From assembly GCA_036172245.1 (NCBI GenBank), contig JAYWIR010000012.1, forward strand, positions 3,658,001 to 3,722,000: a DNA stretch of 64,000 bases, given 5' to 3'. Shown here piece after piece: positions 47,826-58,900 of this stretch (position 1 is the first letter of the stretch; every line of letters starts with the position of its first letter). The DNA comes from Raillietiella orientalis. Lineage: Eukaryota. The translations under genes and the position numbers were made by a program. The notes beneath the pieces were generated by a model. The model was not told the DNA's origin, did not search any database, and saw only the letters and a list, made by a program, of their open reading frames with translations.

Positions 47826-50800
47826 GTATTCCTGAAGGCAGGAGGCAGCAGCGGGTTTCCGGGTTGATTCCTAGGATCTCTCGCATCCCCGCTACCGCGT
47901 CCTTTCCCTTGCACTTGCTTCCAGTTCGTCTGCGACCTTCTCCCTTCAGAGGTTCCCAGCGGCGATCCTGGAGGGAGGCGATCGGCAAGCAGGACCCCGT
48001 TGTTTCTCTGAATGAGAGGGTGGGGGGAAGAATTGGGGTGGAGACGAAGCGGCAGCACCGGTGCCGTTGCTGAGCACTACAGGAGGAAGCGAAGGAAGCG
48101 GTGGGAAAAAGAGGGAAAGAAGGAAGGGAAGAGGAGGAGGTTGGGCGTCGCGCGGCAACGCTCCAGCTCGCGCCCCTTCTGCATCCTGAGTTCAGCTCTC
48201 CAACGAGTCCAGAAAGCGTGATCTCTCGTGGCCTCTCCACCACGAGGCAGAGGGGGGAGGGACTGGAGGGCTCGCCATCTACGGTGCCGACCCTGCTCTG
48301 CGCTCTACTCGGGTCAACTCGGCACCTGCCGCTCTTCGCCGAGGTCGCGGTGCCCGGTCGTGGGTTGGGAGGCGTCCGGTGACTGACGGGAGGAGCTTCT
48401 TTCGGTAAGAGCGAGTGATGTTTGCTCCCGGCGCAAGAGGCAGAACCTGGGAGTCACGAGGAAAGTCCTTCGCCTTCCCTCCCCTTCGCGCGTGTTTTCC
48501 GGGGAGGGTTGCTGCCTCTCGCACCTCAGTGATGGCAGGGTGGGGACCCAGGGCTGCTAGCCGGGCGTGCGTTTCTCCCAGAGGCCGCCAGGGGCGCTCT
48601 GGAGAGGGAGGAAAGCCCGAGGGAATGGAGAGGGGGATGGGGGACCTCCGGCAAGGAAGGGTCTGGGAAGACAGCCCTATCCGTGCTGCTCTCTCCGTAG
48701 CAAGGGGGAGGTCAGGGGCGGTCTCTCGCGTAGCCTGCCTTCAGATATCCCATGCATTTGTGACGAAAAAGCATCCTCCCTACTTCCTCCCCTCTCCCCT
48801 TTCCTCTCCGTGCCAGCAGGGATTCGGCAGGTTTTCCCCTCCTCCTTCCCCCGAATGGAGGAGCAGGAGCTCCCGGAAGTTTTCTACTCGTCGGTTTTAG
48901 GGTTGCTTCCTCCAACGGGGCATGAGATAGGTGGGACCCTCGCCTACGCTGCTCCAGAATCGATCTTTTTGATCCTCCGGGTCCCTCCCCTCCTTTCACT
49001 TCCCTGGTCCTCTTCCCGTAAGAATGGGAAGGGTAGCGGAAGGAGGGGACCAGCCGTGCCCCTCCCTCCCTTTCCTCCTCTCTCTACTCCAGCGCGGACT
49101 CGCCGCCCTTCCTAAGTGGGCGAGGTCCTGCCCGAAGGAAGAAGAAGCATTCAGTTGGGTGTTTTCCCCCCCTCCTGTCCTAGTCCCTTCCACTAGAACT
49201 TACCCCCTCCCCCCATTCACCCCTTGCTCGAGCCTACGAAGGAGAGACCCTTCCTGGCCGGGAGTCACGCTGACTTCTCCTCCCTACCTTTTCTTTTTCT
49301 CCCCCATCTTACATCCTTCCCCCTCCCCTCCCCATTCTCACCCCTTCTCTCCTTCCTTTAGTCCGGAACGGCATCCATCTCTCCAACGCTGGAGCGCTGA
49401 AGGACACCTCTCAAAAATCCTCATCCCCGCCGCCGTCCCCTCTGGGAGGAGCGACAAGGGAACAACCTCGTACCGGTTGTTCCCCTGTCGCTCTTGGAAG
49501 ATTTTTGGGCGTGCTTCGGTCGGCGGGGAGCAGCATTCCCGCTTCCTCCGTTCTCCTCCCCGTCCCCGACGCAGTCAGGACGGGATGGGAGACCTCACAG
49601 GACGAATCGGCCCTCCAAGCCCTACCTTCGGAGGGTTATTTCCTCATGGGGGAGGGGAGGAGGGAAGGAGCAGTAGCGGAGAGTGGTCGTGCGTGGCATC
49701 TCCTCCTCCCTCTCGCCTGAAGACAAGAGGAAGTCTCCTTTGGGGAACCTTGCGTGCGTGCTGGGATTCCTGGGACGTCGTCTGCTGCGATCGATCGGGT
49801 ACCTCCTGGGTCACTCCCCCCCGGTTCCTCTTTCCCCCGGCGATGCCCTCTGCAGCAGCTGTGCTGGCTGCCGCCACCCTCCTTCGACATCCCACGGCGC
49901 ACTCCCTTCTTACCAGAGCGAGTCCTTCCTTGAAGAGTGCGCCTCGCGGACACAGATGGGGAAGTACACGCGGGCGCCAGACTCCCGGATGGAGCCATCC
50001 TGCGGTTGGGACGGCAACGCCCCCGCTTTCTGCTCTCAGAACCCCCTACCGTGTCTTTCGTGAATGCCTGGATGTCCCGGGAGTGGCGTGCTGGAAGAGT
50101 CGCATCCGCCCTCTCGGAGAGGTGGCTGAAGTCGAAGGACGGGAGTTTTCTTTCAGTCACGTGACGTGACAAAGCGAAATCGCCCCCGTCCCATGCGGAA
50201 GGAAGAAAGGACGATAGGGGAGCAAAGGGTAGGGAGGAGTGAGCGTAGCTCCGAACGGCGCTAAGTGCAGTCGAGCCGAGCCTTCTCCCGGAAACACCTA
50301 CTGCTCTCTGGAGCGCGCGCAGGTGGACATACCCTCCAGCTCTCTGCGGGTGGGCAACCTTTGTGCGGAAAGGGATGTCGCTTGCCCCGGAGGCGGTCAG
50401 CGCAGCCCTCTGCCGCTGCTCTTCAGAGGAATACAAGGCGGTCCGAAGTGGCGAGGTCAACATGGGACCATGCTCACCGTGCACTCCTTCAGCTGCATCC
50501 CGGCAAGGTGGTCACACATGAAGAGCCAAAGAGGAAACACACCAGCACCCTTGAGAGGATGCAAAAGTCTCCAGAGTCCACCGCAATCCCTTTCTTTGCT
50601 CATCCACAGCTTCAAAAACAAGAAAGGGGGAAGAGAAAGGGAGGAGGAGGAGGAAGAGGAAGGAAAAGGGGAAAGGGAGGGAGAGGAGGAAGAAAGGGGA
50701 GGGAAGAAAGAGAGGAAAGGGGAGGAAGGAGGGGAAGGTATGTTTATTTTTCACTCCCTTCCAAGCTTTCCCTGTGCGGATCTCTCTTCTCAGTCCGCTT

Positions 50801-52299
50801 GCTAGCAGACACCTTTCCTGGACTGTGAAGGCTGCAGAGGCAGTTACAATCTCCATCGAGAAGAAGACCTTCCTTTGCTTCTGTTTTTAATGACCGTTTA
50901 CGAAAATGATTTTCCACAGGGAAGGTCACAGGATGAGAAGGTCGCCCTGTGACCTTCTCATCCTGCATAGCTGAGCCAGTTATTTAATCAAGGAATTATC
51001 GCAGTCAGGAACCGCCACACGTCGGTCTGCAGCGATGGGACTACCCTCGCTGGGACAGAACTAGAAAGAACTGGAAGGAGAGAAGGGAATGCCGATAAAT
51101 AAAGAAATAAGTGGGGAATGGGGTGTATAGGTCCCTCGGCACTCATCACGATTCCCGAGGGTTTGAGTCAGACGGGGAAGGGAAGTAAGGGGGGAAGGGT
51201 CAGTCCTCCTACAGTCGCGCGAAGGCCATTTTATACTTCACTTTCCAGATTGAGCCATTTCGTCCCCTTCCTCATGTAGGCACTTGTAAATGGCTTTCCT
51301 GGATGTCAGGAGTGCCTTTCTTCCACCAGTTTGGCGGTCTCCGTACCTCCTGCACGGCATAGCAGCAACGAGGCTACCGGCAAGCCTACAGACGTGATCA
51401 TCTCTCTAAAGAGGTCTATTGGGGCGGTAACGTGGAACTGATGCGCTCCCGTCACTGACGAAGCCTCCCGCATTTCAGCAGCACGTGAGGGAGTATCCCC
51501 ACTGTACCGCGATGGGGCGCATTCCTTGGGCATTCTCCCTTCTGAGGAGTGGTAGCGTTCCTGGTTCTGGGAAAGCTCCGGTGCGCCAGCAAGGTGGCTC
51601 CCTGCTGGAAACGGAGAGAGAACACGGAGGAGTCGACCAGGAATCACAGGACCTCGAGGTTCTCCAGGGAAATCCAATCCATCTTTGGGAACTCTGAGTT
51701 TCAAGCGTGGCTTCGTTTTCCAGGAGGGACCCTTTCCAACTCCCTATGGGTTTGGTGACCCCGGAGATACGGCACCTCACCTTCCACGCCTCAGGCATCC
51801 TTTTCCTCCAGGTCGCCACGATGAAGTGATGGACTCATGAAGTCCTGAAGGGTCTCACGCTGCGATCTCGGATGCTAAGCCAGCGTCTTGCAATATCCAA
51901 ACGACTGGTGGCACGGTTGTTGGAGAGGGCTGGGCTTCCCACTCGTTTCCAGTCATCCCTTCCGCCAAGCACTCTTCCTGCTCAGAGGGAGGCAGCAGGC
52001 AGCAGGGTGTCCACTCGTGTCGCTCACAAACGGCGTGACCAGGTGTGAGCCAAGGAAAGCATCGCAAAAAAGCACCTAACCGCGCAGCGAGCGCTGGAAA
52101 GCGGACATTGTTGCGAGCCGGGAGGAAACGGAAAGCTCGCGTCGGAATCCTTGTGGTTAAGGCTTCCGCGCGTGACACCATGCGTCGCGGGTTCGAATAC
52201 TCCGGCAGAAACTCTGACGCCACTGCGGCGTCGGGTGCCGAGTTTCTCCTGCAATGGCGCTGGTTGGCCTAATCATTCGGGCGTGGCTTTGGCGGTGGA

Positions 52300-52850
52300 T
52301 AAAGCCGGAGGCCCCCAATGAAGGCTGGAACAATGGGAGGAAACGGCGTCTGGGTTGCTAGGGCGACCCGCTCTGCCTTCGCGACGATTCCAAAGCCTTC
52401 CTTCTACACGTATGGGCCGACTGTTCGAAAATGACCGGCGACAGAGCAGAGGTCGGCTCGCTCCTCGCCGGAATTTGATGGCGCATGCGCGCAACCTGCG
52501 TTTGTTTGCGAGAGCCGCCTTGTGGGGAATTGTACGAAATTCCTTTAATGGAAAAGGGGTCTGATGTGATCACAGGGGTCCCTAGATCGCATGGCCAGCG
52601 CCTTCGGGAAGTTTGGAGAAACTGGTTGCTCGTGGATGTCTTCAGAATGTGGAAGCAGCTTCCTCAAATCCGGGATAGTCTCCAGAGAGGCAGGTATATA
52701 TGGACGCCCCGTGGCGGATACGCTTCGATTCCGGTTTCTGCAAACATCTTTCTGCATGGGAACGGAACAACGAGCAACGAATCAGAGGCACAGGAAGAAG
52801 TTCGGCGTAGGGAGAGCGTGCGCTGCCAGGGGAAGAAGAAGGAAAACGAA
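52300..52850 (+). mobile_element. ORF1 relic of an L1/Tx1-like element
   Basis: DVITGVP...LREVWRNWLLVDVFRMWKQLPQIRDSLQR...ASIPVSA resembles the RRM-like ORF1 segment of L1/Tx1 elements. Confidence 0.4.
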
Positions 52851-53225
52851 CTCGAGACATGCAGCTTAAGGAGCCTGGCGGCCATGGAAAAGCAAAGCTG
52901 ACCAACCCTTCATGACTTCCCTATGCGAGAAACGCTGCCTCGACGTTCCCAGAGCAGCGCTCAGAGGGTCCTGCACACGGCGCCCGATTCATGGCGCCCG
53001 TATGGCTGTTTTTGCTCCTACTCCTCTCCACTTTCTCCCGAAGGACTCTTCCGCTGCATTGAGCTCCTCGGTGTTCCACCAAAAGAGCAGGAACTGCCCC
53101 CAGAGGTGACGGACAGCTCACTCCTCCCCCTCAAGTGGCAGCCGTCGGCGCTGCTGAGTGCTGCCTTGGGGGCTACCGTGAGATCAGAGTCTCCGCCACT
53201 GGGCGAGGGAGGGGGAAGGGAGGGA

Positions 53226-53600
53226 AGTTGTCCTGCCGAGCTGCTCCAGGTGTGGGGTGGAGAGATCCCTCCCGCGCCCCACTGCTGTGCTCTCCGGCGG
53301 GCACTGTAGGGACGCCCCTCCAAGGACCTCCCTATCCCGGCGGACAGTCCCATTTGCCGCCGAAGAGGGTGCCTTTGTGCGCGCGTCTGATACCTCCCTG
53401 AAGAGGCGCCATCACAGCTTCGGGGCCAGAAGCGGCCGCAAGGGCAGGGGAGCAACCCACACGCGGCGACCCCCTTCCCGCGCATCGCGACGAGAGGGAC
53501 TCATCTGGGACTCCGTCGGGTGGAGATGGCCGACCGTCCCGCAAAAGGAGGGAAGGTGACCCCACGGAACGGGCAGCGAGTGATCCTTTCTCTACCCGTT
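53226..53600 (+). mobile_element. 3' end of the L1/Tx1-like element (copy B)
   Basis: Alignable to 36247-36610, for example the shared cccacacgcggcgacccccttcccgcg. SCSRCGVERSLP finger remnant. Confidence 0.65.
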
Positions 53601-53619
53601 CCAAGCTCAAGAACAATCC

Positions 53620-54000
53620 CAATCTCTCTCCTCCTCTTCCCATTCTCCTCTTTCCCTCCCTATTCTCTCCCTCCTGCTTCTTCCTTCCCACCGAATTTCC
53701 TTCACCATTCTCTCCTTCCCCCCGCCTTCTTACACCCCTCCCTTTGCTCTCACCTTTCCTCCTTCCCTCCAAACTTCCCTCCCTATTCTTCGCCCCATTC
53801 TCTTCCTCCTTCCTTCCTTTCCTCCCCATTCTCTCCCCCTCCTTCCTTCCCACCTTTCCCCATCATTTCCCTCTCCTTGCTCCTTCCCACCGAAGTTTCC
53901 TCCCCATTCTCCTCTTCCCATCCTCATTGCATTCCCATTCTCACCCCGTCCTCTCCCTATGCGTCCCCATTTTCACCTTCTCCCTCCCTCCTGCTCCTCC
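53620..54000. repeat. polypyrimidine tract following copy B
   Basis: About 380 bp, CT-rich. Confidence 0.9.
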
Positions 54001-55149
54001 TTCTATTCAGCCAGGGGATATCCATACTGGATGCCCCTTTGGACAGCAGATTGGCCCTCTTGCCGGCTCCCATGCAGGAGATCGTACTGCTCACCGTTCG
54101 GCTCCCAGGGAGTCTCCTTGGGCACTCGCACTTGCGGGTTCTAAACGATACGGTTGAGGGCTGCTCAGCGCGCCGGGAGGGTGCGTAATGGAGGGAGGGG
54201 AAAAAAGGAGGGGGAAGGAGTGAGGTCCCTTCCTCCTTCGCTCTCAGCGACAGCGCGTTCCCCCTCTTCCGGGTTCCACCCTCCGCCCTTCCTCCTCTCC
54301 GCTCCCGTTCCTCCCTCGCGCTTCCTTCCCGCCCCTCTTCCATTGGGAGACGCTCACAGCCCCCGCTTGGCCGCCATGTCCGTTCCACGTGCTCACGGGG
54401 ATGGCCAGAAGCCTCCCCACGAGTGCTACCTTAGTGCCCGATTGCCCTCCCTCTTTTTATCAGGGGGAGGAAACCGGGAGGAACGGACCGTCTCCTCTGT
54501 TCCCACAGCTTCCTCTGGAGGGAGTGTCCCCCCCTTGCCTCTCCCCGCACGCGTCTCGCGAGCGATGGAGAGCATGGGGCTGGCGCCTCCTCTCCCCCGC
54601 TTCTCGTTCCTCCGGGAAAGCCATCCCTGGGATGAATCCCCCCCTCCTGATCGCTCCATTGAAGCCATGCGCCTGCGGGTCTTCCGGGGACCCCAGCACG
54701 AGAGAGGAACACTCTCCTTCCCCGCCTCCTCTTCCTCCCCTCCCGGTCCCCCCCTGCACTGCTCCCGGGGCGGATTTGTGGGGTGGCAGAATCCGCCCCA
54801 GAAACCCCTCCGCTGCTCTCCCTCTGCGCGCGCGCCATTCTTCCCTCCCCCTTTCCCTTCCAGCTTTCTTCCCGCGAGAAGCCAAGATCCCTTCGCCTCC
54901 TTTCCTGCTCCTTCCGCTTCGCCGGTCGCCGGACCGGGAGAGAAGGGAGGAAGGGGAACCATGGAGACGGGGTGGTCGAAGAGCCGAGCTCCTCCCACGC
55001 CTCACGGACTTCGCATTTTCTGTTCCATCGATCCCGCGAGAGCTTCCATGACTTTCCCTCGGTCTCTCCGGAGCCAACGGTTACCATATCCCGGGAGCCT
55101 GCAGCCGTGGCCGCTGCCGACGGAACACCGCAGAAGTTCCCGCGGGGAC

Positions 55150-55500
55150 AGGACGACGGCCCTCCCTTACCGCGGCCTCCCCAGATGCGAGGGTCACGCA
55201 GGGACAAGCGTGAGAGGGCATGGTCAGAGCCACCGGGGACGGCCGCTGCGCCTACTGCAGCCTTCAATGCGGAAGGGACACCCCTGGGAGGCTTCAGGGG
55301 CAGTGGGTCCACCGTGGTCGGCACCCTGTCGGGAGGCCTCTTCCCTTTTCTCCTAAACCACGCCCTATGAAAACCCATCCCCCTTCCTCGGGAACGCCCA
55401 ATAGGGTGGGAGAGGGTCCAAAGTCAGCCCGAAGACTCGATGGCTCCACGGGCGCGAACCTGCAGTTCCTTCTCGGAGTCCCGGATGTGATCAACTCACG
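55150..55500 (-). mobile_element. possible decayed AP-endonuclease fragment
   Basis: VPGGSDHALSRLSL..RIW on the minus strand. Confidence 0.3.
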
Positions 55501-56089
55501 CCTCCCGGCTCAGAGAACCAGAACTCCTGTCCCGCGGGGTGAAGCTGCTGGGAGAAGACCCTCGACTTCTCCCAGAGTCAGGAAGAGGCAGAGAGATCAG
55601 GTGTCGAAAGACATGGGTCCGCTTATGCCATCCCTTGGTTACAGGCCGCCTTCCCTGAGGTACACGAGCGGATAAGCTCAGAGGGTGACTCCGACGACAC
55701 GAGCTCGCAGAAGCCTCCAGATTTACCAGACCTCCCTCGAAAGGACACGGTAGCACCCCCTCCCTCTCCCACCCCTACGTCTTGACAGTCCCGGCCTTCC
55801 CTCCCGCAGGGATCGGCGACTGGGCGCGTACGGCAGGTGACTCCGTCACCTGAGGGCAACTGCGGGAAGTGGGTGAAGGGGCACTGCTCTTCTGCCGCCG
55901 TTCATTCCGGGATGGGGACTCCAGGGGACCACCTTCTCCCTCGCGGTCGAGGGCCCCAGGGCCACTTCGTGCGGTGCCCATTCTGCCGACCTTTTTCTGG
56001 AGGCGCCAGCGAAGCTCTCGTGCCACACCGCGGGTGCCCTCGTTGGTGAGCTCCGTCCACGGAGGAAAGAGGCAACCCGCCCGGCTGAC

Positions 56090-56300
56090 TTGCTGGTGAC
56101 ATGGCAAGATAAATTCCTGGCCACCACCGTGGTTATCCTGCAGAGGTCCTTCTGGCAGCACTACTGGATATCTTTCTGGTCACCCCATTGGCCATTCTTC
56201 TGGTCACACTGCGGATACCTTCCTGGCCACCTCCCTAACCACAACACTGGCCATCCCGCAGGGGTCGTTCTGGCCGCACCACTGGGTCGCCTTCTCCCCT
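56090..56300. repeat. degenerate 12-bp minisatellite (ctggYcacNNNN)
   Basis: ctggccac/ctggtcac/tggccat cores recur at roughly 12-bp multiples. Confidence 0.7.
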
Positions 56301-57899
56301 TCTATACTTCCTCTTCATTCCTTCCTCCTCCGTGCTCCGTGAAATTGTTCACGGCCGACGAAGTGGATGCCCGAACGCATCCTGAAGCCAAAGAGGGAGG
56401 AGGGAAGAAGGAGGAAGAAAAGCGATTCGCTCCCGGGAAGTCTCGTTGCCCACAAGATAATTGAAAGCTGGGAGCCTGGAACGTGGCCAAGGGAGCGGAC
56501 CGTCTCCGCGAGTAAACACTTTCGTCAGGGGGAGCGCGTCGAGTACATGGGAGAGATTCCGAGGACCTCTGGAAGGAGCGGGATCGTGGCGGAGCCTCCG
56601 CTCAGGGCCGGAAGAGGTCGCTATGGTGAAGCGGAAGGTCGGTGATGCTGCTCGGCGGAAGAGGAATCCGCTGCGGTCTCCGGACCCATGCCGTCAGAGG
56701 GATGCCAGCGGTGGGGTGGAAAATCGAAGGGATGCGGAGGGGAGGTTTCCCTCCTTCCCTCTCCGTTCCTTCGCGCGTTCCCGGGAGCGGAATTCAGGAA
56801 ATGGAAACTCCACTCGCATCCTCCTCCTACTCTCCACCGCAAGCGCTTCCTCCCTCCGAAGGGAGAGGATTCCCTTCCCGTCCCGGAAGCAGAGAACACC
56901 CCCCTGCGCACCCTCTCCCGCTCTTTTGCAGGGAGAGGGAAGCCCAGGGATTGCGGGATGAGGATGCTCCGGGCATGCGGACGGCTAGGCAGCTATCCGC
57001 CCTTCCCCGAGGGGAGCAAGAAAGCGCCGACTGCCCCCCTTCCTTCCTCCTCCTCCTCATACGCGCCATCTGGCTGCAGCGACAGGCCCGCCACATGGAT
57101 CCCACCTGGCAGAGTTCTGGAAAGGGTGGGCAGGGTCGGGGGGAGAACGCGTGTTCCAACGCAGCCCAGTTCCCCAGAGGAAACCGGGAAGGCTCCGTTC
57201 CCTTCCTCCTCTTCCTCTTCCCCTCCCTTCTTCGCCTTCCTCTTCCTCCTCCTCTTCCTCTTCCCCTCCCTTCTTCGCCTTCCTCTTCCTCCTCCTCTTT
57301 TTTTCCTCCTCCTCGTCCCCTTCCTTTCCTTGCTCCCGAACCCGTGGAATTCTGTGCCCACGAGAGGGAGCGTGCCGCTGCTCTACCCCTTCCTGAAACC
57401 GCGATTCCTGGAAGCGAGGCGTTCTCGTCCGGTCTCCGCAGGTCTCCCTAAGGCGAGGAGAGGTTCTGGAGGCTGCTGCCGCAATCTCGGACGAGGAGGG
57501 AGGACGGCGCCCTCCCGGAAGGCTCCCCTCTTTCCAATCGCCGAGGGGTCGCCCGGGAGTCACCTCTCTGGACAGAGGTAGGGTTCCTCTCGGAAAGGAA
57601 AGCACGTCCTCCCCTCTGAGCGCTCCCTGGACTCGATTTCCAGGAGCACCCCATGCTGTTTGCGATCGAGCGTTTTGATTCTTCTTGCTGGCGCCCGAAG
57701 CGAGGTCACAGGATCAAAGGAAACCTTGGATGGCATTGATGCGTGGAGAACACCCCCTCACCAAGGGTGGGGGGGGGAGACGGGAAGCCCCTATGATTCA
57801 AGCAGGAGCGGCTGACGACCCCACATATGCGAACGCTCTCCTCCCCCCATCCGGGCTGTCATGGGCCCGACACATCCATTTTCAGATCCCTTTCCTCTC

Positions 57900-58900
57900 T
57901 CCCATCCTGCTGCTTTCACGCGGGTGATGCGCGCACCCTCACGAAGGAAGGGCACGCCAGCAATCCCTGTAGGAGCAAGGAACGCGAGCAGGTGTTCCTC
58001 CAGGAGGAAAGGGGGTCACGGGTTCGACGGGAGCGGAGAAAGTTAGGGGAAGGAGTAGCCCTACTGCCGCGATAGTGATGGAGACGGAGGGCAGTGGGTA
58101 TCCCCTATCTCAGGACCAGCGCAGGGGTCCCGAGAGGGAAGGGGTAGGGAGAAATGGATCGCACTGTCGCAATCCCGGTGCAATCCCAGAGTCCTTCCGC
58201 GGAGCGGACTCCAGGAACGCCCTCAGCGGACCCTTTCCCAGCGGTAAGGCCTCAATCCGGCGTCCGAAAGGCTCTGGAGAGTCCAGGAGGGGCGTCGGAG
58301 ATCTGAGGTAACGTCCCGGAGGAAGGGACGTTGCACTGAGACCAGCCAGGAACGCTGGGGTGTCGGGGATCAGGGAGATAACCCCGATTTCCCTCCCTAT
58401 CCTTCCGATAGCACCGTCCTCCTCCCGTGAAGCCGCGCTCCACCATGGAGTCTGCGACTCCATTCGACGCGACGGGGAGTTCGGGGGGGGACATTGGGGG
58501 ACGAGGGGACGCACGGAGCGTCCGGCAGCTTCTCGGCCACGGAAGGAGGGCTGCTTCTGGACCGGTGGCACATCGGCAGGTGGCGTCGGGCTGATAGTCC
58601 ACCTCCTGTCTCCGCCTACTCGCTAGGGCGCCGTCCCGCCTTCAAGAGAGGATGCGCCCTCACCCCAGGGAGGGTGGCGGAAGAGAGGGGGACTCCGGCA
58701 TCCTCCTCCAGGGGTGGACCACCTCGCCTTCCCAGCCCTGAAAGGTTGTCGCCCCCGGCTGGGATCCATCTTCGCAGCGAGCCGCCCCCGGGCCGATGGG
58801 ACGTCCTTCCAGCCGCCCCTCCCAGGCGAGTCGTCCCCTCCTGTGGTTTTTCATGAACACCTTCCGACCTCTCCTTCCGACGAGTCCCTCCCCCCTCACT
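57900..58900 (-). mobile_element. decayed RT domains 1-5 of the L1/Tx1-like family
   Basis: VDYQP (cf. NYRPI), IGVISL, PGLRQCDPFLP (cf. GLRQGDPLSP) and LLLP in order on the minus strand. Confidence 0.45.

Noticed and set aside
42138..57605. Further long ORFs (446, 451, 405, 381, 400 aa)
   Set aside because: They run through simple-sequence tracts and transposon relics and have no coherent protein features.
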